From contig JAEOSZ010000095.1 of assembly GCA_016840095.1 (NCBI GenBank), positions 1 through 64,000 on the forward strand: a stretch of 64,000 nt of DNA. Reading direction: 5' to 3'. The notes below the pieces were generated by a model. It was not told where the DNA came from, did not search any database, and saw nothing but the letters and a program-made list of their open reading frames with translations. This document shows positions 19,594 to 28,421 of this stretch, in pieces; the stretch's first letter is position 1, and each line of letters starts with the position of its first letter. The DNA comes from Candidatus Heimdallarchaeota archaeon (GTDB lineage Archaea; Asgardarchaeota; Heimdallarchaeia; Heimdallarchaeales; Heimdallarchaeaceae). The position numbers and the translations under genes are program-made.

Positions 19594-20583
19594 ATGAGTG
19601 TAAGATCAATAATGTGCCCAAATTGTGCTGCTCCTTTAGAACTAGAAGCAACACAATCACATGTTACTTGTCCATATTGTTCAGTAACTAGTGAACTTGC
19701 AAAAGTATCAGAGCTAATAGAACACTATATGTTGCCTGTTGACTACAATGTTGAACAAATAAGAACAGAATTAGTAGGAGATATACTTAAACATCCTGGT
19801 GTTCCTGAAGATCTTCATAAATCTTTAAAGGTAACAAAGTTAGACTTGAAATTCTATCCTTATTACATTGTAACTGTTCATCTGAGAACAGAATACAAGG
19901 GAAATGGAGAATATGCAACTTTTAGTAATAGATACAAGTCAGGATATAGACATATTAGCATCCATTTGAAACCTGAGCAAGGAGTTTTTGATGATACTAG
20001 AGAATTCATTATTTATGCAGCTGAAGAAATAAATAATGAGCTGCTCAACTTTGAGATATCGACAAGGGGTAAGAGATACTTCCAAGCACTTGAAGCAGAA
20101 AAAGTAAAAGCTGATGTGGTTCCAAGCATATTTGACTTAGATCAAGCAAAAAATGAAGCAATTGATCAAATGAGAGAGATTCATAAGGGATTGATGCTAA
20201 AAGAATTAGCTCAAATCCTTGAGGTTAGAGATCAGCCAGATGTAGAAAGTGTTTATCTACTTCATATCCCATTCTACATAATCGAATTCGAAGCAGCTGG
20301 AAAGAAGCATAACGCAATTTTAGATGGAGCAACAGGAAGAACAGTAGTTACTGATGTTCCAAGAGAAACATCATATTGGATGCAAGTTGGAATACTAACA
20401 ACACTATTTGCTGGGATCGGAATTGCTGGAATTTTCTTTGCTATACAGAGTACACTTTTTAATTTCCAATACTTCGGTATTTTTGGTGCAATTGCAGGTC
20501 TAATATTAGCTGGAAGAACTTTACAACTTGGGTTAAAATCTAGATATCGTGAAACTCAGAGATCACGGAAGAGAAGAAGATGA
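19594..20583 (+). CDS. Zn-ribbon protein with two C-terminal TM helices (paralogue of preceding gene)
   Basis: CPNC..CPYC; YPYY; HIPFY..EF...GK......DGATG......P; TM hairpin; basic tail. Starts immediately after the previous stop. Confidence 0.7.
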   Translation: MSVRSIMCPNCAAPLELEATQSHVTCPYCSVTSELAKVSELIEHYMLPVDYNVEQIRTELVGDILKHPGVPEDLHKSLKVTKLDLKFYPYYIVTVHLRTEYKGNGEYATFSNRYKSGYRHISIHLKPEQGVFDDTREFIIYAAEEINNELLNFEISTRGKRYFQALEAEKVKADVVPSIFDLDQAKNEAIDQMREIHKGLMLKELAQILEVRDQPDVESVYLLHIPFYIIEFEAAGKKHNAILDGATGRTVVTDVPRETSYWMQVGILTTLFAGIGIAGIFFAIQSTLFNFQYFGIFGAIAGLILAGRTLQLGLKSRYRETQRSRKRRR

Positions 20584-20635
20584 TTTTTCTCTTTTACCTT
20601 TTTATTTAAAAAGAGTATGAACATTTCAAATCTAT

Positions 20636-21376
20636 ATGAGTGACTCTATCCCAATTTTTTTTGATTTTGGTGGAACATTAGTTGATACTTTAGAAGTTAC
20701 AAGAAGAGTATTCAAAGAAGCTTTAGGTAAAGATTTTCCCAGTTCTAAAATCAAACAAATGTACAAAGATACTTCTTCTAAAGGTCAAAGTATGTCAATG
20801 TTCTTCAAGTATCCTGTAAATCCTGTAAAACTTTTAGTCAAGAGAAACAAACTAGTTAGTCTTCAAAGAGAAATTTTTATGGAGGTTGTTGAACTCTATC
20901 CTCAAATACAAGAAACTCTGGAAAAGATAAAAAAATTGGATAAGAACATTTTACTGATAATGGTCACTCAAAATCCAATGATGGAGAACAAAGAAGATTC
21001 ATTAAAACTTATGAAAAGACTTTTTGGTGACAATAATCCTTTTGATCAAATTCTTGCAGGAGAAGACAAACTTGAGCTTATAGTTCACAATTTTGATCCT
21101 GATGATATCGCTAGAGGTGTTTTTGTTGGAGATTTACCAAATGATGTATATGTTTCTGAAATGCTAAGGATTCCATGTTTTGGTGTTACTTGGGGATATT
21201 CCGATCCTGGAGAATTAGCTACACCATTTATCGTTGATGAGATTCCCGAGCTAGTAGAAATGATAAAAGATCATCTTGAAGATTTAGAAGAAGATACATC
21301 AGAGGAAATTGGTGAAATTGAATTTGAAGAAATAGAATTTGATGATTCAGATGATTTTGAACTAATATCAGAATAA
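20636..21376 (+). CDS. HAD-family hydrolase (Gph-like) with acidic tail
   Basis: FDFGGTLVDT, VTQN, VGDLPND, GVTWGY. Confidence 0.8.
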   Translation: MSDSIPIFFDFGGTLVDTLEVTRRVFKEALGKDFPSSKIKQMYKDTSSKGQSMSMFFKYPVNPVKLLVKRNKLVSLQREIFMEVVELYPQIQETLEKIKKLDKNILLIMVTQNPMMENKEDSLKLMKRLFGDNNPFDQILAGEDKLELIVHNFDPDDIARGVFVGDLPNDVYVSEMLRIPCFGVTWGYSDPGELATPFIVDEIPELVEMIKDHLEDLEEDTSEEIGEIEFEEIEFDDSDDFELISE

Positions 21377-21387
21377 GTAGGAACAAA

Positions 21388-21720
21388 TTATCCATCTATA
21401 TCAAGTATAAATTCTGCAACTTCTTTTGCTACACTTGAAATCTTGTCTTCCTTTTTCTTGACTAATTCTGCAGAATCTTTCTCAGCTTCAGTAACTAAAT
21501 GCGCATATTGCTTTGTGTCTCTAGCCTCGGTAATTTTCAGTTTTAAGATTTCTCTTGCTTCTGATTTTGCGTTTTCTAGCCTTCTTACTCTATCGCTTTG
21601 TGCTTTTTCGATTAAAATACTAGATTCATTTTTTGCTTTTTCAATAATTTCTTCAGCTTGTTTTTCAGCAATCTTTATTTGTTCTATAATCTCTTGTTCT
21701 TTAGATGGCAAATATTTCAC
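21388..21720 (-). CDS. A/V-type ATPase subunit H (G-like peripheral stalk)
   Basis: II..IK.AE..AEEII..AK.E....I..A charged coiled coil of about 110 aa, at the edge of the ATPase cluster. Confidence 0.75.
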   Translation of the reverse strand: MKYLPSKEQEIIEQIKIAEKQAEEIIEKAKNESSILIEKAQSDRVRRLENAKSEAREILKLKITEARDTKQYAHLVTEAEKDSAELVKKKEDKISSVAKEVAEFILDIDG

Positions 21721-22760
21721 CAGACATCTCTTTTCTTACAAGTTATGTAAGAGGACAGCATGCAAAGCTTCTTTCTAATGAAGACTTTGAAAACTTAATA
21801 AATAAACCTTATGAAGAATTCATTAATGATTTGACTTCATTCGAAATTGGTGAAAGTTTACGAATGCAATCAACTTATCAATCCCATGAGATAGAAAGAA
21901 TACTAACAAGAAAATTGCTAGATCAGTACGATTTTATTCTAAAAAATATGCCTAAATGGGGAAAGGAGTTCTTTGAAGCTTATATGATTAAATTTGAGGT
22001 TATGAACCTTCAAAGAATAATAAGATATCTATATTCAAAAGCTACAGTTGATTTACGAGAGGTTATCAACTTAAAAGCTCAAGAAATGCTTGGAAGAACT
22101 TCCTTTATTGCGAAACTAATTCAAAGTAATGATCTAGGTGTTTTTCTAGAAAGTATGAAACAAACTGAATACAAATATGTTATTGAGATTTCAGAAAAAA
22201 TCTATAGTAAAGTTGGTGATATTTGGCCAATTGAATTTGCATTGAACGTTCATTATTTGGATCTAATGCTGAAACAAGCTCAAAAACTAAGAGGAGCTCA
22301 GAAAAAAGGAGCACTTAAGTTTGTTTATCAGGAACTATTAACAAACGTGGTACTAGTAAAATTAAAAGCAGATTTTGTTGAAGTTGATGTTGAAGATGCT
22401 CTTCAGCTTATTACCTTGCCAAAAGAGATTCCCTATAAGAGACAAATTGTTTCTTTAATGGAAGAACAATTTTTGAAAAACGATTTAGAGATTCTAAAAT
22501 CACTTAATATTGAGAAACTGACACAAGGAATTGAGCGATATGAAGATGATCAGATGTTTTTGCACATAGAAATAGCTTTGAGAGCAAGAGAGTTGGAAGT
22601 ACTTAGAAAAGCCTTCTATATAGATTTCGGAATTTTAAGCATTCTTAGCTATCTTAAGCAATATGAATCGCAAATTCAGGATTTGAATAAATTGTTATAC
22701 CTCAAGGAGTATAAGTTCCCTGTTGAAAAAACCAGGGAATTAATAGTTAACCTAGTGTAA
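21705..22760 (+). CDS. atpC: A/V-type ATPase subunit C (d/AC39 family)
   Basis: YVRG..AKLLS.EDF..L; KFEV.NL..IIR; ILSYL...E.QI.DL. 351 aa. Confidence 0.85.
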   Translation: MANISPDISFLTSYVRGQHAKLLSNEDFENLINKPYEEFINDLTSFEIGESLRMQSTYQSHEIERILTRKLLDQYDFILKNMPKWGKEFFEAYMIKFEVMNLQRIIRYLYSKATVDLREVINLKAQEMLGRTSFIAKLIQSNDLGVFLESMKQTEYKYVIEISEKIYSKVGDIWPIEFALNVHYLDLMLKQAQKLRGAQKKGALKFVYQELLTNVVLVKLKADFVEVDVEDALQLITLPKEIPYKRQIVSLMEEQFLKNDLEILKSLNIEKLTQGIERYEDDQMFLHIEIALRARELEVLRKAFYIDFGILSILSYLKQYESQIQDLNKLLYLKEYKFPVEKTRELIVNLV

Positions 22761-22768
22761 TCAACTCG

Positions 22769-23248
22769 TCAAACAACGATATTCAAGAGTATAAAAGCTA
22801 TAAGTAATCCATAGATTGCTAAGGCTTCACCAAGAGCTAGATAAATCAGATTTGGTGTGAATACCTCTGAATTAGCTGTTATTGACCCTATAGCTGCTGG
22901 TTCTCCTTTCGCTAATGTTATTGCTGCTCCTAAATTGGAAACAACCATAATGAACATAGCTGCAATGTAAATCCATCCATATGTTGGAGTGAAATCTGTT
23001 AACAGATTTGTCCCATCAAGATAAGGTTGAATTTTTGTATACATTACAAATGCTATCAGTAGACCATATATCGCTAGTGCTTCTGCTAGAGCTAGATAGA
23101 TTAGTATGAAGATGTTTAATCTCTGTTTTTCTGCAACAGCTGCTGCAGCTGCTTGAACTCCTTTCGCTAAAGGGATACCTGCTCCTAATATTGTTAACAT
23201 TGTTCCAGCGATTCCCATAATACCTAATATATATCCTTCAACTGCCAT
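22769..23248 (-). CDS. atpK: A/V-type ATPase proteolipid subunit K (c), two-hairpin form
   Basis: 4 TM helices; duplicated ALAEALAIYGLLIAF / ALGEALAIYGLLIAF. Confidence 0.92.
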   Translation of the reverse strand: MAVEGYILGIMGIAGTMLTILGAGIPLAKGVQAAAAAVAEKQRLNIFILIYLALAEALAIYGLLIAFVMYTKIQPYLDGTNLLTDFTPTYGWIYIAAMFIMVVSNLGAAITLAKGEPAAIGSITANSEVFTPNLIYLALGEALAIYGLLIAFILLNIVV

Positions 23249-25301
23249 ATTTACTCAAATCCATTTCTTTGTTAAACACAAAAATTGGTTTATGCTGAAT
23301 TCCACTGCCTTCATAAAACTTGCTGAAGAATTCATAAAAATGTAATCTTAATGTCTGAATAAAAACTAGTAATCCTTCTAATGCTAAAACAAAGATATTA
23401 CCAATTATCAGAATAAGGATTTTCCAGAGGATAAATCCAACTTGACCTGCTAATGCATTAATAACGCTTAAGAAAACTGCATGAGCGATTAGCATTGCAA
23501 GTATTCTTCCATAAGAAACAGTATTACTTATGAGAGAACTAAATGTTTCTAGTAAATGTAACAAACCCATCCCTACCCCTCCTAAAAAGCTTCTAAGAAT
23601 GTTTTGTCTCTTTTCTTTGAATAAAATGCTAACAATTCCTTGTCCAAAGAGTGTTAAACCTACTCCTATTATTACAGAAACTAGAGCAACTAAGATAAAT
23701 CCTTTACCTGTTGGATCTATTCCTAAATTCAAAATTCCTAAACTTGATAGGAAATAAAGTATTGCTGCATATAGAAAAACTTGAGGTGTTGTTTCTTCTA
23801 AAATTTCTGCATATTCCTTGTGTTTTATTTGATTTATTAATCGAATTGTAATCCCTAAAATTATATGAAGTGCTCCAACAATTAAAGTAAGATTGAATAT
23901 TTCTACTAAGTCCTCAACAGGACTCAAGAAAGGATATTCTGCACCAAATAGATGAACTGGTGTGTGATCTCCATGTTCTCTAATCCCTAACAACTCCACC
24001 AGATGTACACCGAAAGCTTCACCAAATATGAAACCCATTATCGATGATGTGATTCCCATCATCAAAACAAGCAGAAACATCAGTCTAACACTTCTTTTCA
24101 AACCTCGAGCTAATACTCCAGTTAAACCTATAACCAGAAAAATTAAACCATGTCCGACATCTCCAAACATAACTCCAAAGAATATACTAAATGTGAAAAT
24201 TAAGAAAATTGTTGGGTCTACTTCTTTTGCTGAAGGTAAACCATAAAGAGCAACTATGTTTTGATATGATCTCGTGAGAGGATTTGTTGCAGGTACTACT
24301 GGAATATTTTTCATCTCCTCAGAAGGTTCATCATATTCAAGTACAACCTCTGGGAAGTCTTCTAATGCTTTTTCGATATTACTTAATTCCTTCTCTGCCA
24401 CCCAACCTTGAAAAACAATGGTTTTCCTAGTTTTTCTAGCAGAAACATAAATTCGAAAGAAGTGACCGAGACTCTCAATTGACAATTTTATTGCTACAAT
24501 ATTCTGCTTATGATTTATTGCAAATTGCTTGAGCTCATTGTCAATTTTTGTTAATTCGGAGCAAATCTCAGTATATTCATTTAATACCTCTTCTTCAATT
24601 TCTGTCTTATTAAGATGAATTGGACCTTTGTGCTCATGTTGATACCATCTTACAATACTCAGATCTTTGATGAGCCTAGATATCTCTCCTTTTTTTCCAT
24701 GAGCATAGATAAAGAATTTATCTTTAACAAGAGGAATAATCTCTGTATTCGTTACATGAGAAACAAAGTTTTCTGCATCTTCAATTTTTGCAGTATTCAG
24801 AATTCCTACTAAGACTCTTTCGTCTGAATCGACTTCATATGGTCTTTCGCTTTCCAACAATCTGAATCCTTTAGCAATCAGTTCTCCATTTTCTTTCAGT
24901 TCTTGTAACCTCTCTGATTTCTTCTTAAGATTCAGAATCTCTGTTTTATATTCATTAATCTGATGTTCAAGATTAGTCTCTATTTTCTCTAAATCTTGCC
25001 AATCCTCAAATAGCGGAAGAATTGCCTTTTGCTTCTTATAAGCCCTAGCAAGCTTTTGTCCAAATTTTTCCTTAGGTTCTGGAACTTGAGAAACCAAATC
25101 ATTATATGCAGATTCTAATCTTCTTAGTTTTTCCATTTTAGATGATGGATAAAAAACCTCTAATCCTTCTATTGAGATGTTTTCTTTTACCATTAAGCTC
25201 TCAGTTTCAGCTACACTAACAACAACTTTCTCAAAGTCCTCAGAAGGTACAATTATTGTTGCTTCTAACATTTTAGCTGGAAATAATCCCATTATCATCA
25301 C
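23238..25301 (-). CDS. atpI: A/V-type ATPase subunit I (a)
   Basis: YGLP...EVDPT, FFGVMFGDVGHG, SNTVSYGRILA...AH, LEGL..FIQTLRLHFYEFFSKFYEG.G. Confidence 0.96.
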   Translation of the reverse strand: MMIMGLFPAKMLEATIIVPSEDFEKVVVSVAETESLMVKENISIEGLEVFYPSSKMEKLRRLESAYNDLVSQVPEPKEKFGQKLARAYKKQKAILPLFEDWQDLEKIETNLEHQINEYKTEILNLKKKSERLQELKENGELIAKGFRLLESERPYEVDSDERVLVGILNTAKIEDAENFVSHVTNTEIIPLVKDKFFIYAHGKKGEISRLIKDLSIVRWYQHEHKGPIHLNKTEIEEEVLNEYTEICSELTKIDNELKQFAINHKQNIVAIKLSIESLGHFFRIYVSARKTRKTIVFQGWVAEKELSNIEKALEDFPEVVLEYDEPSEEMKNIPVVPATNPLTRSYQNIVALYGLPSAKEVDPTIFLIFTFSIFFGVMFGDVGHGLIFLVIGLTGVLARGLKRSVRLMFLLVLMMGITSSIMGFIFGEAFGVHLVELLGIREHGDHTPVHLFGAEYPFLSPVEDLVEIFNLTLIVGALHIILGITIRLINQIKHKEYAEILEETTPQVFLYAAILYFLSSLGILNLGIDPTGKGFILVALVSVIIGVGLTLFGQGIVSILFKEKRQNILRSFLGGVGMGLLHLLETFSSLISNTVSYGRILAMLIAHAVFLSVINALAGQVGFILWKILILIIGNIFVLALEGLLVFIQTLRLHFYEFFSKFYEGSGIQHKPIFVFNKEMDLSKYGS

Positions 25302-25943
25302 CTATTCAAATAGAATCTCATTTATTTTGGATCTTATTTTCTCTTTACTAACCTTTAGTGTATTCTCAATAGTATAATCGATTTTTATTCTCTCATCTTC
25401 ATCTGTTATGATACAGCCACCTAATGTTTTGATAGAGGTTGTATCAATCTTGAACTGTATCCCCTTTTTTTGAGAAACAGAAGATGTAATTTTGTTTAGG
25501 ACCTCTTTATCTTTCTTATCTCCGATAATCTTCATTTTTTCAGTAGAAATATTTCGTATAGTTGAAGTAATCAGATGTTCAAGGTATGCAAGATATCTCT
25601 TATTTTCTCGGAAATTCAGAATCTCTTTTTCAACTTGCTCAAAAACCTGGTCTATTAAGTTCTCTCTTGCCTGAACCATTATTTTCTTTGCATTTTGTTG
25701 GTATTCAGTTTCTGTTCTTTTTCTGATAAAATCTAATCTTGATGTTTCTTTACTTAATTCTTCTTTTTTGATCTCTTCTGCTAATTTTCTAGTTTCTTTC
25801 TCAATCTCTTCTAGTTTTTTCTTTGTGTCTAGTTGAATCATTCTTGCTTCTTTTTCTGCTTCCTTCTCAATCTTAGAAAGTAATCTGGATAGAGCGTTTT
25901 CCTCTTCTTTTCCGTTTTTTTGATTGAGTTGTTCTTTCTTCAT
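25302..25943 (-). CDS. atpE: A/V-type ATPase subunit E
   Basis: N-terminal coiled coil; C-terminal LGG.II...D.RI.IDYT. Likely ATG at 25943 after GAGGG (track start 26000 overlaps the USP gene). Confidence 0.9.
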   Translation of the reverse strand: MKKEQLNQKNGKEEENALSRLLSKIEKEAEKEARMIQLDTKKKLEEIEKETRKLAEEIKKEELSKETSRLDFIRKRTETEYQQNAKKIMVQARENLIDQVFEQVEKEILNFRENKRYLAYLEHLITSTIRNISTEKMKIIGDKKDKEVLNKITSSVSQKKGIQFKIDTTSIKTLGGCIITDEDERIKIDYTIENTLKVSKEKIRSKINEILFE

Positions 25944-25953
25944 ATTATTCCCT

Positions 25954-26382
25954 CTAGATTGGTAATAGCAAGATAGGTATGTCTGAAATTTCAATAACAT
26001 ATCTTACATAATTTTTCAGAAGTCTTTTTGTTAGACTTTCTTTTCTAGTTCCCATAACTATGAAATCAACTTTTTCTCTTTTTGATGTTTCAATTATGCT
26101 TTCTGCAACTAAACCTTGATTTGATTCAGATGTCATATACAAATGAGTATCTGAAAATTCGTGTTTTAGTTGCTCAAGAATGTTATCATATTCCATCTGA
26201 TATTGTTTTAGTAGCTCTTCAACTGTAACATTTCTATAACCTGCAACATTTTCTAAATTTTCTTTATCAATTACATTTAATAGATGAATTTCAGTAACCC
26301 AATCGCAGTAGAGATCAAGAACTTGCTTAATAAGCTTCTTTCCGCTCTCAAAGTCACCAATAGCAACTAATGCTTTTTTCAT
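25954..26382 (-). CDS. Universal stress protein (UspA domain)
   Basis: KKALVAI.., IHLLNVID, G...E.IIE......DFIVMG.R, V..VI..SDIPILLL. Confidence 0.88.
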   Translation of the reverse strand: MKKALVAIGDFESGKKLIKQVLDLYCDWVTEIHLLNVIDKENLENVAGYRNVTVEELLKQYQMEYDNILEQLKHEFSDTHLYMTSESNQGLVAESIIETSKREKVDFIVMGTRKESLTKRLLKNYVRYVIEISDIPILLLPI

Positions 26383-27026
26383 CTTTTTCTCCTTCTTATT
26401 TCATTTTTTATTTCAATTTTTCTTTTGAGTTTCTTAATTGTGTAAATATTTTCAAGATCATTAGATTCCAAAACATTTTCGATATATTTTATAATATTTT
26501 CAAATCTTACACGATATATCTTATCCAGAGCATTTAAGCTTATTTGGGTTGAATTGAGAGTTCGTATTACCCTATAAGCAAAATTCTCTATTTCTGCTAA
26601 TTCAATTATAAGATCAAAAGTATCCCGAAATCTTTTGGCTGTAACCCAGAGTAAACTCGAAATACCAAAGAATCCATACGAGGGTTCTGGAAGATTAGCT
26701 AGTTTTAGATCTCTGTACTCTACCCCCATATACTCCAATGGAGTTGAGTTAATATCAACATCTTTTGGTATTGTTTCACTGAATACATTGATCATATCTT
26801 TGCCTAATTCTGATTCAGTTTTTATATATTCAATATAGGCTTCACTAAGATTCTTTTCCATAATTTCTCTCATATTGATTGCCTGAGAAGAGATTATTTG
26901 TAACTTCATCAGAAGAGCTTCATATTTCTCCTTAAGCAATTCATATGCTCTTTCAACAAGCTGAAGCTTCTTTTTATATTTCAGTAAATTATCTTTTGTG
27001 GGAGGGATTGATATTGTTTCTCTCAA
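26379..27026 (-). CDS. atpD: A/V-type ATPase subunit D
   Basis: PTK.NL...KK.L.L..R.Y.LLK.K; MGV; LAE.E; T...LNAL. Confidence 0.92.
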   Translation of the reverse strand: MRETISIPPTKDNLLKYKKKLQLVERAYELLKEKYEALLMKLQIISSQAINMREIMEKNLSEAYIEYIKTESELGKDMINVFSETIPKDVDINSTPLEYMGVEYRDLKLANLPEPSYGFFGISSLLWVTAKRFRDTFDLIIELAEIENFAYRVIRTLNSTQISLNALDKIYRVRFENIIKYIENVLESNDLENIYTIKKLKRKIEIKNEIRRRKR

Positions 27027-28417
27027 ACTGAATCTCCTCCTTCTTTGAGAATGTGTTCATCAATTAATTCTCTGGAAACCTTAGTTAATTCGGATTCTGG
27101 TAAGTTTGAAAGTAATGACCAGCCAATATTCAAGGACGATTCTATATTTCTATAAGTATCACCTTGATTAATGTAAATTTCCTCAAATTTATCTGCAAAT
27201 TCGTAGAGAATTTGATCAAGACGGTTGAGTTCTTTTCTGCCTATAACTTCAGCAAGTTTTCTTTTATCTAATCCTTCTGCATAGGAAGCATAGAGTTGAT
27301 TACTCAATGATGGATGATCCTTTCGTGTGAAACCCTCACCAATTCCATCTTTCATTAATCTAGACAAAGAACCTAAGACATCAATTGGAGGATAAATCCC
27401 TCTATTATGTAATGAACGATCTAAGATAATTTGTCCTTCTGTAATGTAACCTGTAAGATCTGCAATGGGATGGGTAATATCATCATTCGGCATTGTCAAA
27501 TTTGCAATAAGAGTTATACTTCCTTGAGAATCTTCTATTATTCCCGCTCTTTCATAAATTGCTGCAAGGTCACTGTACATATATCCTGGAAAACCTTTTC
27601 TGGAAGGGACTGTTTCCAGTGAAACAGATATTTCTCTTAATGCTTGGCAATAATTTGTAATGTCAGATAAAATAACTAGTACATGATAGTCTTTATCAAA
27701 AGCTAAGTATTCTGCTGTAGTTAATGCTACTCTAGGTGTGAGTAATCTTTCTGCAGCTGAGTCTGAAGCTAAATTTGTAAACATAACTACTTTGTTTAGT
27801 GTACCTGTCTCTTCGAATAACCTCTGGAAATAAATATAATCATCCATAGTTAATCCCATAGCACCAAATACTATTGCAAACTTTTTATTACCATCAATTT
27901 CAGCAATCCTTGCTTGCTTCACAATTTGTCCAATGAGTCGGTTGTTTGGTAATCCTGCTCCTGTGAATATTGGTAATTTCTGACCTCTAACTAAGGTATT
28001 CATGGAATCTATAGAGGATATGCCTGTTTCAATATAGTCTTTTGGATATATTCTGGAAGTTGGATTGATAGGTGATCCGTTGATATCTCTGTATTCGTCT
28101 GAATAAATACTGGGTAAACCATCTAATGGTTCTCCAAGAGAGTTGAAAATTCTACCAATCATATCTTCTGAAACAAATAATTGCATAGTTCTTCCAAAGA
28201 ATTCTGTTTCTATTTGGTCTTTATCTATTTCATATGTTCCTTGATATAACAGGATTATTACTCTCTCTTCTTCAATTGCTAGAACTCTACCTTTTCTGGA
28301 AGGTTTCCCTTTGAGTTTGACCTCTAGATACTCTCCCATTCGGATGCCAGAAACATTCTCTATAACTATTAGAGGACCACGAATTTCTGATACACCTTTA
28401 ACATTTATTCTAGCCAT
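27023..28417 (-). CDS. atpB: A/V-type ATPase subunit B
   Basis: TLVRGQKLPIF, PR.ALTTAEYLA, PGYMYSDLA.IYERAG, DDITHPI.DLTGYITEGQI, SLSRLM. Likely ATG at 28417 (MARINV). Confidence 0.97.
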   Translation of the reverse strand: MARINVKGVSEIRGPLIVIENVSGIRMGEYLEVKLKGKPSRKGRVLAIEEERVIILLYQGTYEIDKDQIETEFFGRTMQLFVSEDMIGRIFNSLGEPLDGLPSIYSDEYRDINGSPINPTSRIYPKDYIETGISSIDSMNTLVRGQKLPIFTGAGLPNNRLIGQIVKQARIAEIDGNKKFAIVFGAMGLTMDDYIYFQRLFEETGTLNKVVMFTNLASDSAAERLLTPRVALTTAEYLAFDKDYHVLVILSDITNYCQALREISVSLETVPSRKGFPGYMYSDLAAIYERAGIIEDSQGSITLIANLTMPNDDITHPIADLTGYITEGQIILDRSLHNRGIYPPIDVLGSLSRLMKDGIGEGFTRKDHPSLSNQLYASYAEGLDKRKLAEVIGRKELNRLDQILYEFADKFEEIYINQGDTYRNIESSLNIGWSLLSNLPESELTKVSRELIDEHILKEGGDSV

Positions 28418-28421
28418 TTTT

